From an uncultured Methanoregulaceae archaeon (GTDB lineage: Archaea; Halobacteriota; Methanomicrobia; Methanomicrobiales; Methanospirillaceae): a DNA stretch of 64,000 bases. The translations under genes were made by a program, and so were the position numbers. The DNA is taken from positions 608,001-672,000 of the forward strand of contig CAVTTL010000001.1 of NCBI GenBank assembly GCA_963737635.1, in the 5' to 3' direction. The notes beneath the pieces were generated by a model, which saw only the letters and a program-made list of their open reading frames with translations, made no database searches and was not told where the DNA came from. Every line of letters begins with the position of its first letter. Position 1 is the first letter of the stretch. Below are positions 33,472 through 42,363 of this stretch, one piece after another.

Positions 33472-33719
33472 CACAGGTACACGGTCTCATCACAACGATT
33501 CATGCAGATGCTTCCCGCGTGGCCTCGTCCCTGGCACCGGATAACCTCATGAGTATGGTTACTACCGCAGACGGCGACAGAGTCACAACGGTGATCGAGG
33601 GGTCGCAGATCCGGTCGATCATTGCATCTGTGGACGACTATCTGATGAATCTGGCAATTGCGGATGAAACAACATCGCTCCCTTACCACAAACAGGGAAC
33701 AGAGGAAAAGAAAAACTAA
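33468..33719 (+). CDS. pcc1: KEOPS complex subunit Pcc1
   Basis: VASSLAPDN...IRSIIASVDDYLMNLAIA; gene context. Confidence 0.85.
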   Translation: MTQVHGLITTIHADASRVASSLAPDNLMSMVTTADGDRVTTVIEGSQIRSIIASVDDYLMNLAIADETTSLPYHKQGTEEKKN

Positions 33720-33737
33720 AAATCCAGAGTTGATACC

Positions 33738-34343
33738 ATGGCAAAGAAAAAACAGGTTGGAAGAAGAGTTGAAGGCTGGAAAGCCAAGAGCTGGTTCAAG
33801 GTATACACGCCCGATAACCTCGGCAAGGCGTATATCGGTGACACCGTTGCAAATGATATGGAGACCGTCAAGGGGAGGATCATGCAGTCCACTCTCGGCG
33901 AGATCACCAATGACTACGCCAAGCAGCATATCAAGATGAGCTTTAAGATCGCCGAGGTTACCGGGGATGCCGCATACACTGAGTTTGTCGGTCATGAAGT
34001 AACCCGCGATTACTTACGGTCCCTGGTCAAACGCCGCAGCTCCCGGGTGGACTGCCATGTGCAGATCGTCACTAAAGACAACAAGAAGGTCCGGCTCACG
34101 ATCAGCTGCTATACCTTTGCACGGGCAAATATCGCGCAGGAACATGCACTCAGGAACGCAATCATGGCAAGCCTCGCCACGCAGGCACAAGCGTGGGATC
34201 TGACGACACTTGTAAACGGGATCGTCTCGGGTGAAATCTCCCGCGACCTTTTCAAAGTCGTAAAGACCCTCTACCCCACCCGCCGTGTCGAGATCATCAA
34301 ATCAAAGGTTGAGCAGGTCGCAGCACCGGTTTCGACCAAGTAA
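33738..34343 (+). CDS. rps3ae: 30S ribosomal protein S3Ae (eS1)
   Basis: WKAKSWFKV, TRDYLRSLVKRRSSRVD, YPTRRVEIIKS. Confidence 0.96.
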   Translation: MAKKKQVGRRVEGWKAKSWFKVYTPDNLGKAYIGDTVANDMETVKGRIMQSTLGEITNDYAKQHIKMSFKIAEVTGDAAYTEFVGHEVTRDYLRSLVKRRSSRVDCHVQIVTKDNKKVRLTISCYTFARANIAQEHALRNAIMASLATQAQAWDLTTLVNGIVSGEISRDLFKVVKTLYPTRRVEIIKSKVEQVAAPVSTK

Positions 34344-34472
34344 ATTTTTTTACCCTTTCTGAACTTCTCTACAGGGCCTGAAGGACGCTTATTTTAACCG
34401 GCGTATGCCATTTTCCGCTGCGATAAAAACCGGGAAACATAATTAATCCGCGCGTCCAACCATTCTTTAAGA

Positions 34473-35708
34473 ATGACCGCTCGAAAGATCCTGTTACTCA
34501 TTATTGATGGATTATCCGACCGGCCCTGCCCGGAACTGGACAACCTGACTCCTCTCGAAGCGGCTCACCATCCTGTGCTCAACCATCTGGCTGCAGGAGG
34601 TGTATGTGGAATCATGGATACGATAGCGACCGGCATCCGTCCCGGGTCTGACACAGCACATCTCGCTCTTTTGGGTTACGACCCCCATAAGTACTATACC
34701 GGCCGTGGCCCTCTCGAATGCGTGGGCTCGGGCATCGCGATGGAACCGGGCATGATCGGTTTCCGGTGCAACTATGCGACCGTCTCGTCGACCGGACTCG
34801 TTACTGACCGTCGTGCAGGGCGGATCCACGATACCTCAGCTCTCTCCCGGGCGGTCCAGGAGGGGGTCGATCTTTCGGAGTTTGGTGTAGAGTTTGTATT
34901 CAGGTCAGGAGCCGGTCACCGGGCAGCTCTCGCCCTCAAAGGAGTGGGACTCGGCCACTGTGTCTCCTCGAACGACCCAAAAAAGGATCATGTGGCTCCT
35001 CTCACCATCACACCGGTCAAAGATTGTGTACAGGACAAGAAAACAGCGGATGTCTGTAACGAATTCGTGCGGCAGTCAAAAAAGATCCTCCTTAACCACC
35101 CAGTAAACCGGGAGCGTAGCGCTCAGGGCCTGAGCCCGGCAAACATTATTTTGATGCGGGGGGCCGGCGAGATGGGGAACTTCGAGCCGTTCAACAAAAA
35201 GTACCAGCTGTCAGGAAGCGTTATTGCAGCTGCAAGCCTGATCTCCGGGATCGGTACAGCAGTCGGCCTTGCCCAGATCCCGGTCGAAGGGATCACCGGA
35301 TCGCAGGACAGCAATATCAAAGGAAAGATCACGGCAGCTATAAAGGAGCTTACAAGAAGGGATTTTGTGCTCGTCAACATCAAGGGGGCCGACGAATCGG
35401 GCCATGACGGTCTCGCCGATCAGAAAAAAACCTTCATCGAAAAAGTCGACGCTCAGCTCGAACCTCTTCTCAATCTGAGGGATACTATCATCGTCGTCTG
35501 CGCCGATCATTCCACACCCTGCGCAATAAAGGATCACAGCGCAGACCCGGTGCCGGTGCTGATCTACGGGGAAGGTGTGAGGGTGGATGAAGTAAAGGCG
35601 TTCGGGGAGCGATCGTGTGCACAGGGCGGCCTCTGCCGGATCACAGGTGCAGGATTGTTGCCCATTGCACTTGACCTGATAAACAAGGCACACAAGTACG
35701 GGGCATGA
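34473..35708 (+). CDS. apgM: 2,3-bisphosphoglycerate-independent phosphoglycerate mutase (archaeal)
   Basis: IIDGLSDRP, PGSDTAHL, GRGPLE, DESGHDG, ADHSTP, HSADPVP. Confidence 0.95.
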   Translation: MTARKILLLIIDGLSDRPCPELDNLTPLEAAHHPVLNHLAAGGVCGIMDTIATGIRPGSDTAHLALLGYDPHKYYTGRGPLECVGSGIAMEPGMIGFRCNYATVSSTGLVTDRRAGRIHDTSALSRAVQEGVDLSEFGVEFVFRSGAGHRAALALKGVGLGHCVSSNDPKKDHVAPLTITPVKDCVQDKKTADVCNEFVRQSKKILLNHPVNRERSAQGLSPANIILMRGAGEMGNFEPFNKKYQLSGSVIAAASLISGIGTAVGLAQIPVEGITGSQDSNIKGKITAAIKELTRRDFVLVNIKGADESGHDGLADQKKTFIEKVDAQLEPLLNLRDTIIVVCADHSTPCAIKDHSADPVPVLIYGEGVRVDEVKAFGERSCAQGGLCRITGAGLLPIALDLINKAHKYGA

Positions 35709-35739
35709 TGCAAATGAAAAGGGTACTCGCGGGGGATCG

Positions 35740-36585
35740 ATGAGAGGGGAATCGGTAAAAAACTGGCACAGGCACTGCCTCCTTCCTGACGGAACGGAGC
35801 TCCAGGAACACAGCATCAAGACCGACCGGGATATCGTCGTCGGGGAGTTCTGCCAGATCGATTACGGGCTGCGGGGCGCAGACGTCTACGTGGGCGAGTC
35901 GACCAAGATCCGCGAGTATGTCTGGGCTAACGGCGACGCACGGATCGGCAATCTCTGCGAGATAGGGAGCGATGTCGTCGCAAAACAGGACGCGTATATT
36001 GGCGAGGGTGTGAAGATTGCCGGCAAGCTCGTGGTGAACGGGGCGCTCGATATCGGAGAAAAAGTGGAAATTGGAGAAGGATTTGAAGCAACCGGTGAGA
36101 TTGCAGTACGAAACCCGATGCCGGTGCTGGTCTTCATCCTCATCTACCTCATGACAATGCTCAGGATAGAAAACGAGAGGGAACTCGACCGGATCCTTGA
36201 CAACCTTTTTACCGGGGATGAGGGAAAAGTGGAAGTGCCGCTCATGATCCCCGCCCGTTCACGGCTGAACATGAAGGTCTTCTCGGTCCCGTCTACGATG
36301 AAGATAGGGAGAAAATGCCGGCTGCACGGTAATATTCGCGCCGGTTCGATCGATGTTCTCGAAGGAACGGTTATATTCGGCAGCCTGAGATCAAGAGGCC
36401 CGGTCCGCGTCGCCGGCGGCGTAACGGTACATGGAAATGTCGAGAGCAGCGGGAAAGTGTACGTGAAAAAAGGCGCCCATATCCTCGGAGATGTGATCGC
36501 AAAGGAGATCTTCCTCCACGAAGATGCCAAGATCGACGGGATCATCGAAGCCCCCCATGGAATGCACATCGGGTGGGAGGGATAA
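35740..36585 (+). CDS. Bactofilin-like (polymer-forming cytoskeletal) beta-helix protein
   Basis: Two V/I-x-G repeat regions flanking a hydrophobic helix (PVLVFILIYLMTML). Confidence 0.72.
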   Translation: MRGESVKNWHRHCLLPDGTELQEHSIKTDRDIVVGEFCQIDYGLRGADVYVGESTKIREYVWANGDARIGNLCEIGSDVVAKQDAYIGEGVKIAGKLVVNGALDIGEKVEIGEGFEATGEIAVRNPMPVLVFILIYLMTMLRIENERELDRILDNLFTGDEGKVEVPLMIPARSRLNMKVFSVPSTMKIGRKCRLHGNIRAGSIDVLEGTVIFGSLRSRGPVRVAGGVTVHGNVESSGKVYVKKGAHILGDVIAKEIFLHEDAKIDGIIEAPHGMHIGWEG

Positions 36586-37427
36586 AACCCGTGAACGCTG
36601 CGGCAATACTCGAAGTGAACGAGATCATGTTCATCGAGCCATCATTTGCCGCACTGTCTAATCCACTCTATACTGATCTGCTGGCTACAGATAACGGGGA
36701 TGAGGCGCGGATGCTCGTGGATGAGAACAGTGACCCAATCGCGGTCGCTTTCCATGAGAAGTCCGGATGGATTGCAGGCTCATTTCTCTGCCGGCACCCA
36801 AGCATCGCCCTGATCGATGCATTCGAGCAGGTAAACGGCGAGATCTACCAGGATGACCGGGCGATCTGGGAGGCGGCAGTCCGGGAATATTTTTCCCTGC
36901 AGCTGGCCGGGGAAGTACCAGCTGCGATGGAGGATCTCAACCCGGCCCGGAAGAGTATTCTCGCGGATGTTATCGCAGGAGTCTGGGGGAAGGGATCGAA
37001 CGAGACCTGCATTGACTGCGGCTGCGGCTCCGGTGTCGGTTCCTTGGTGCTCCGGGAGCTCGGGTATACCCCCCTCTCGTACGACAACGATCCGGCACTT
37101 CTTACACTCGGTTTGGAAAAGAGCCGGCTGCTTCCGGGTGAAACGATGTGCATCGATGCCACGCAGGTCTTTGCATATACCAGACCAGTGCCCAAAGGTA
37201 TCGGGATCATGATGGGGGAGATCAATTCCTTCTCAGCCGATATGTGGCACCAGATAGCGGCCGGGCTCTTTTCCGTGACAAAGGAGACGCTTATCACGGT
37301 GGGCACTGAACCGGAAGCACTCCTTATTATGGAATGGGGCAGCGAAGCCGGTCGTACCGTTGAAATTCAGGAAAATTCCGGCGATCCTTTCTACGACCAC
37401 TGGGTCTGTGTGGCCCGGGGGAAGTAA
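36573..37427 (+). CDS. Hypothetical protein, class I SAM-methyltransferase-like
   Basis: CIDCGCGSGVGS glycine loop, SYDND, CIDAT; exact start uncertain. Confidence 0.65.
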   Translation: MGGIKPVNAAAILEVNEIMFIEPSFAALSNPLYTDLLATDNGDEARMLVDENSDPIAVAFHEKSGWIAGSFLCRHPSIALIDAFEQVNGEIYQDDRAIWEAAVREYFSLQLAGEVPAAMEDLNPARKSILADVIAGVWGKGSNETCIDCGCGSGVGSLVLRELGYTPLSYDNDPALLTLGLEKSRLLPGETMCIDATQVFAYTRPVPKGIGIMMGEINSFSADMWHQIAAGLFSVTKETLITVGTEPEALLIMEWGSEAGRTVEIQENSGDPFYDHWVCVARGK

Positions 37428-37578
37428 CGATTGCCCAAAAATCCTTATGACGGCCCGAATACACTGAGCCGGTTAACAGGCCGGGACCCGGCATTCCGGT
37501 TCAAACCTGCCGGGCTCTCTATTCCAAGATCTTCCCCGAGATACCCTCGTTTATTAGACGTCTCCTTTCCGTTCACGT

Positions 37579-38334
37579 TCACCCTCCGGGATTTTCAGCC
37601 ACACGGTACAGCCCTTGGGGAACATGGATCACAAATCGTGCACCCACCCCCGGTTCTCCGTTCTCAACAATCGTTATACCCTTGATACTCAGGAGTTCAC
37701 GGATGAGATAGAGACCAAGCCCGGTGTTTTTCCCGTACCCCTTAAGGAAAATTTTTTCTTTGACAGGTGCATCAACGCCACATCCATTGTCTTCGTATAT
37801 CACTCCCAGACCCGGACCCGGCGTTGTTTCTTCTGCGTGAATGGTAATAGTACTCGCCCACTTACCATGCATGAGGGAATTGACGATCAGGTTATAGAAC
37901 ACGCACTCAAACAGAGGATCCGCAGAGATTTCGATCCTGTCTGACCGGTAGTTCACGCGAATCTCTGGTGACAGGGGGATTTTGTCGATTACCCGTTGCA
38001 GAATTGTATCAAGATTCTGCCAGACCGGCTGCTTCATCCCGGTCTCCGGGAAATCCCTCATGAACAGAATCTGCGCCTGCAGGGTTTCAGCAATCCTCTG
38101 TTCCTTTCTGATATACTCCCTGATCTCAGGCGTTGTCTCTTCCAGTTCCGAGAGTGCAAGAAGCCCGTGCAGTGCGGTCAGCTGGTTGAGGATATCGTGA
38201 CAGAGGATACTCTTCAAAAGACGGAGTTCCTTGTTTATCCGTTTTTTCGCATGTTCTGTTCCTGCCGACCGGAACATCCTGCGCTTGGATCTCCGGCCCG
38301 TCCTAACAGGATCAACCGGCCTTTCATGTCTCAT
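37579..38334 (-). CDS. Histidine kinase without a sensor domain
   Basis: LCHDILNQL, NLIVNSLMHG, YEDNGCG, GKNTGLGL. Confidence 0.88.
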   Translation of the reverse strand: MRHERPVDPVRTGRRSKRRMFRSAGTEHAKKRINKELRLLKSILCHDILNQLTALHGLLALSELEETTPEIREYIRKEQRIAETLQAQILFMRDFPETGMKQPVWQNLDTILQRVIDKIPLSPEIRVNYRSDRIEISADPLFECVFYNLIVNSLMHGKWASTITIHAEETTPGPGLGVIYEDNGCGVDAPVKEKIFLKGYGKNTGLGLYLIRELLSIKGITIVENGEPGVGARFVIHVPQGLYRVAENPGG

Positions 38335-38451
38335 TTGCGAAAAACCTTCCTTTTTGATAGATCGAACGGTGAAGCATATAATTGTATCACAAAAGAATCC
38401 TTATGTATCACATTATTTCATTAGCCGGCGATACGATTTTCTTCAAGAATT

Positions 38452-38805
38452 ATGCGAGATGAGCATCCGAAAATAAAATTGAATTTTAGGGTTTCATCCA
38501 AAGTATTTGAAAAAATGCAGGCTCTTGTAGATAACGGAGAGTTTGAAGATATTTCGGATGTTATTGTATCGGCTCTCCACCAGCTGCTGGAGAGATCCGA
38601 AAAAAAGGAAGATATCGAAGATATTGTTCTGCACTATCTGGAATCCGAAAAGGGTCGCGAAATGATCCAGACAATTCTTCTCAGGGAAGAACAGCAGCTC
38701 AACGTAGCTGCGACAGGGGCCAGAATACCAACAGCAATCTCTGATATTGAACATACATATACCATAAAGCGCGGGAAAAAAACATCCGTGAAAAGAGATC
38801 GATAA
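38452..38805 (+). CDS. Ribbon-helix-helix (CopG/Arc) protein
   Basis: KLNFRVSSKVFEKMQALVDNGEFEDISDVIVSALHQLL. Confidence 0.72.
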   Translation: MRDEHPKIKLNFRVSSKVFEKMQALVDNGEFEDISDVIVSALHQLLERSEKKEDIEDIVLHYLESEKGREMIQTILLREEQQLNVAATGARIPTAISDIEHTYTIKRGKKTSVKRDR

Positions 38806-38924
38806 AAAAAACAGGTTAAATTCAAGCGGTGAATCTTCACCCGCCATATCTAGGAATGCTCTTTTGTAAATACCGGTTCGCCCTTACCGGATGCAACCGT
38901 TTCACCGGCACCGGCCGATTCTCT

Positions 38925-41003
38925 TCACCGCCTCCCGTGCCCTTTTTTGTGCCCGTGCGGCTTTCCGCCTGTGTCTTTTTTCTGTGCCTCTTCCTTTTCC
39001 ATCCCTTCGCTCTCCAGCTCTGCTATAATATCGAGGGAATCGTCCATCCCCCTTACAAGCCGCACGATTTCGAGCAATCGTTCGATGCCGATGAAATGCT
39101 CGGACATCACGCGGGCTAGCGGAGAGAGCTCGATCTTCGTGCCTTTCTTTTGCACGAGCCGATGGGCAACAAGTTCCGGAAGCACCGGTTCAAGGCTCCC
39201 CACCATCATCGTATTGATTCTGATAAGATCCGCTTCTTCGCCACCGCAGGCAACCGCATTTGCCACATACTCCTCAGAGCTTTGTTCGAGATCATGGACG
39301 GGCGCTACTTCCTCCATCTCTCCCTTAAGAAGGCGCATCGCAACTTCTTCCTCGGTAAACGGATTCTCGCGCGAGTAGCTTCCTCCGGGTTCCGCAAGGA
39401 GCACGACTTTCCCGAGGTCATGGAAGTCTGGCCGCCCGGCCCGGCCTGCCATCTGGTTAAATTCCTGGACGGAGAGCCAGTCCCGCCCCATTGCGAGGGC
39501 ATCGAAGATCACCTGCGATGCGGGAAAATCGACTCCCGCCCCAAGTGCCGCCGTAGTCACGACCGCCATCAGCTTGCCGCCTAGGAACTTGGTCTCGACC
39601 TCCCGGCGCTCCTGTGAGGAGAGTCCGGCGTGGTAGGCCGCTGCCCTCATCCCGAGTGCATCGGCGATCGTATGGCACCGGGCACGGGCGTTGGTGAAAA
39701 TGATCGTCTGGCCCCGGAATCCCTTTGAGGAGGTGTTCGTGTACTCCTCGGTTGTCAGCTTCTTGATCGTCGGGATCTTCTGCTTGCGTTCCGTAAAAAG
39801 GAGATATCGTTCCAATGCGACCGGCCGGTCGTCATATCGAACGAGCTGGCAGTTGAGTTTTTTTGCGAGCGTCTTTGGCGATCCGATAGTTGCGGAAAGA
39901 TACAGGAACTGTGCCTGCGGTGCAAGGTACTTGAGCCGGGCGATGAGCCCGTCGAGCCGGTGCCCCCGCTCCGGGTCCTCCAGCATCTGCACTTCATCAA
40001 TGACGACTGTTGCGATGTTTTGCATCTTCTGGCCACACCGGATCATATTGTCCACCCCTTCGTAGGTGCCGACAAGAATCGGGGCCTGCGGGTTCCGGTC
40101 ACCTACCTTCCGTGTCTCGGGAAGGTTAAGACGGGAGACACCAGTCAAAAGTCCGGTCTTTGCGAGGGCGCCATACCGCTCGGTGAACCGCTCGTACTTC
40201 TGGTTTGCAAGGGCTACCAGTGGCACTAAAAAAAGCATCCGGCCCCTCCCGGCAAGATAGTTTTTCATCCCGGCCATCTCGCCAATGAATGTCTTCCCGC
40301 TTGCGGTGGCCGCAACCACGAGAAGATCCTTTCCGTAAAGAAGACCCGCATCAACCGCGAGCTGCTGGGCGGGCATAAGAGCGTCTACCCGTGAGGCGGC
40401 GACAAACTCATGCGGAAGCGGCAGCTCGGTGAGCTTTGCAGTAGCAAGTACCGGGTGGGCATCGATCCGGTCAAAGAGCGCAGACTTCATCGAGAGTTTG
40501 TCGGGCTGGACAAGCGCGAGTACGCGGTCGAGGTTCCGGGTTGATATAAGAAGTTCCTCGAAGTGCCGGAGCGTATCCCGGCCCATATGCCCTATTGGCG
40601 CAAGCTCGCGCCTGAGCTCCCTGCGCCCGCATTCAAGGCAAATCTTCTCGTGTTTGCCAAAGATCACGAAATTGTCCTCGGTAATCGGTGTATACCGGTC
40701 ATCGAGCAGGCAGATCCGGCACGCGTTAACCGTACCGGCCCGGACCTGGAATGCATGCAAAAACTCCTCAAAAAGGGAGTCGGGCCTGACCATCCGGACA
40801 TCCGCTTCGCGAAGCTGGGCAATAAGATCCTTAGAGGGGGTAGCATGGTACTCTTTGCGGGAACCCCAGCGGACCCGGTACCTGACCGGACGGGGCCCTT
40901 TAGGGGTATCAGTCATTTCGGCAATACCGACGCCAAGAACATGCTTCCCATCGTAAAAGAGAAGTTTATAACTGCCTTTGACCGGTTGGACGAGGATCTT
41001 CAT
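38925..41003 (-). CDS. SF2 DEAD/DEAH-box helicase (methanogen DUF5814-type)
   Basis: AATASGKT, IDEVQ, LSAT, YHAGL, GVDFPA, QMAGRAGRP; N-terminal CRIC...CLEC. Confidence 0.9.
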   Translation of the reverse strand: MKILVQPVKGSYKLLFYDGKHVLGVGIAEMTDTPKGPRPVRYRVRWGSRKEYHATPSKDLIAQLREADVRMVRPDSLFEEFLHAFQVRAGTVNACRICLLDDRYTPITEDNFVIFGKHEKICLECGRRELRRELAPIGHMGRDTLRHFEELLISTRNLDRVLALVQPDKLSMKSALFDRIDAHPVLATAKLTELPLPHEFVAASRVDALMPAQQLAVDAGLLYGKDLLVVAATASGKTFIGEMAGMKNYLAGRGRMLFLVPLVALANQKYERFTERYGALAKTGLLTGVSRLNLPETRKVGDRNPQAPILVGTYEGVDNMIRCGQKMQNIATVVIDEVQMLEDPERGHRLDGLIARLKYLAPQAQFLYLSATIGSPKTLAKKLNCQLVRYDDRPVALERYLLFTERKQKIPTIKKLTTEEYTNTSSKGFRGQTIIFTNARARCHTIADALGMRAAAYHAGLSSQERREVETKFLGGKLMAVVTTAALGAGVDFPASQVIFDALAMGRDWLSVQEFNQMAGRAGRPDFHDLGKVVLLAEPGGSYSRENPFTEEEVAMRLLKGEMEEVAPVHDLEQSSEEYVANAVACGGEEADLIRINTMMVGSLEPVLPELVAHRLVQKKGTKIELSPLARVMSEHFIGIERLLEIVRLVRGMDDSLDIIAELESEGMEKEEAQKKDTGGKPHGHKKGHGRR

Positions 41004-41809
41004 GGGGCAATCAGATCGATGATACTGTACGAGAGGCCGACACCCTCAAGCCTTTTTAAGAAATCCGTAAACTCCTCGTCAACAATCACAATCACGCAGT
41101 CAATACCATGGAACGCTGCCTCGATGACGCCTTCCCGCGCACCGAAGAACAGATCGGGTTTATGCCCTGCGGCCTTGAGGGCAATGTACGCCTCGAGCCC
41201 GACTGCCGCCATCATACCGGCCGGGCGGACAAGGTCCCTTAACTGCTCTAACCGAACCTTGCGTGAACCCCCATGCTGGATACGGGGCACCTTGCAGATG
41301 GTGATGCTTCCTTCCCGGTGCTCAATGATGCCGTTGAGCCGGGCGACACCTACATCTTCGTCCTTTTTTGCATCCGCAACGACCGATCCGGTCGCCGGTT
41401 GCGGCTTCTTTGCTGCGTACAGGAAGCCACCTTTCATAAAGACCCCCACTTCATCGCCTGCCCTGAGATTTTCAGCGGCGATCGCGGTCCAGATAGAAAC
41501 CTGCTGGATGATATCGCGCCGGATATGCCGGGCATATGCCTCCAGCGATTCGGCATTCGCAAGCACCCACTCTATACCAGCTTTTGTGACCTCGTAATTG
41601 CCACGCCCGCTTGCCGAAACCATGCCTTCATCCGTGAGCTCCCGGATGTACTCTGATATTGCCTGAGGCGTAACTCCAAGTTTGGTTGCGATTTCCTGCT
41701 GACGCACCGCGGGCTGGTGCTCGGCGATCTCGACCAGAATCTGTAACCGGGATACTTCACGTTTGCTGCGCAGGATGGAATAGAGGGGATCCTTAGCGTC
41801 CTGTATCAA
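41000..41809 (-). CDS. Winged-helix transcriptional regulator
   Basis: RQQEIATKLGVTPQAISEYIRELTDEG. Confidence 0.85.
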   Translation of the reverse strand: MIQDAKDPLYSILRSKREVSRLQILVEIAEHQPAVRQQEIATKLGVTPQAISEYIRELTDEGMVSASGRGNYEVTKAGIEWVLANAESLEAYARHIRRDIIQQVSIWTAIAAENLRAGDEVGVFMKGGFLYAAKKPQPATGSVVADAKKDEDVGVARLNGIIEHREGSITICKVPRIQHGGSRKVRLEQLRDLVRPAGMMAAVGLEAYIALKAAGHKPDLFFGAREGVIEAAFHGIDCVIVIVDEEFTDFLKRLEGVGLSYSIIDLIAP

Positions 41810-42305
41810 GCAGCACCAATCCCTGTCCCTTCACATCAAGATACGGTATCCGTTTTGCAAGACCCCTGATGAACACCGGGCTGACACCGAATTTCCGCGA
41901 GAGATCACTGATAGATGTGTTGCCGTTCCCCAGTTCCGACTCGATCTGGCCGACAACATCGCGGAGGTTTTCGTCGTTTGAAAGCGAGATATAGAGAATG
42001 TCCGAGAGATCCTGAAGGTTGCACTGGAAATTTGCACGGAACTTGTTATAAGTTCCCCGGAATTCCCTCTGTGGTTTCTCGCCGGGTTTTGGCATTCGCC
42101 ATTGTTCCTCGATAAGGTTTCCTTTCTTTAATATCTGGAGGCAGACAGGAACCGCCTCATCTTTTACCTGCGCCTGGAGTTCTTCCACGGTCATCCACGA
42201 TTTGCTGAGCAGTTCATATACCTTCTTAAAGGCAGGACTGTTGAACGTCATGAGGAGCGGAACAAGTTCAACAGGATCGTTAACTATTCGGATATGACCC
42301 GGCAC
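41793..42305 (-). CDS. ArsR-like winged-helix protein
   Basis: N-terminal wHTH (LKKGNLIEEQWRMP) plus C-terminal HTH (SISDLSRKFGVSP). Confidence 0.78.
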   Translation of the reverse strand: MPGHIRIVNDPVELVPLLMTFNSPAFKKVYELLSKSWMTVEELQAQVKDEAVPVCLQILKKGNLIEEQWRMPKPGEKPQREFRGTYNKFRANFQCNLQDLSDILYISLSNDENLRDVVGQIESELGNGNTSISDLSRKFGVSPVFIRGLAKRIPYLDVKGQGLVLLDTGR

Positions 42306-42363
42306 GGTAAAAACCCTATAGTTATATGGCGGTGTAATTCAATAAATTTTTGCGGCAAAAATT

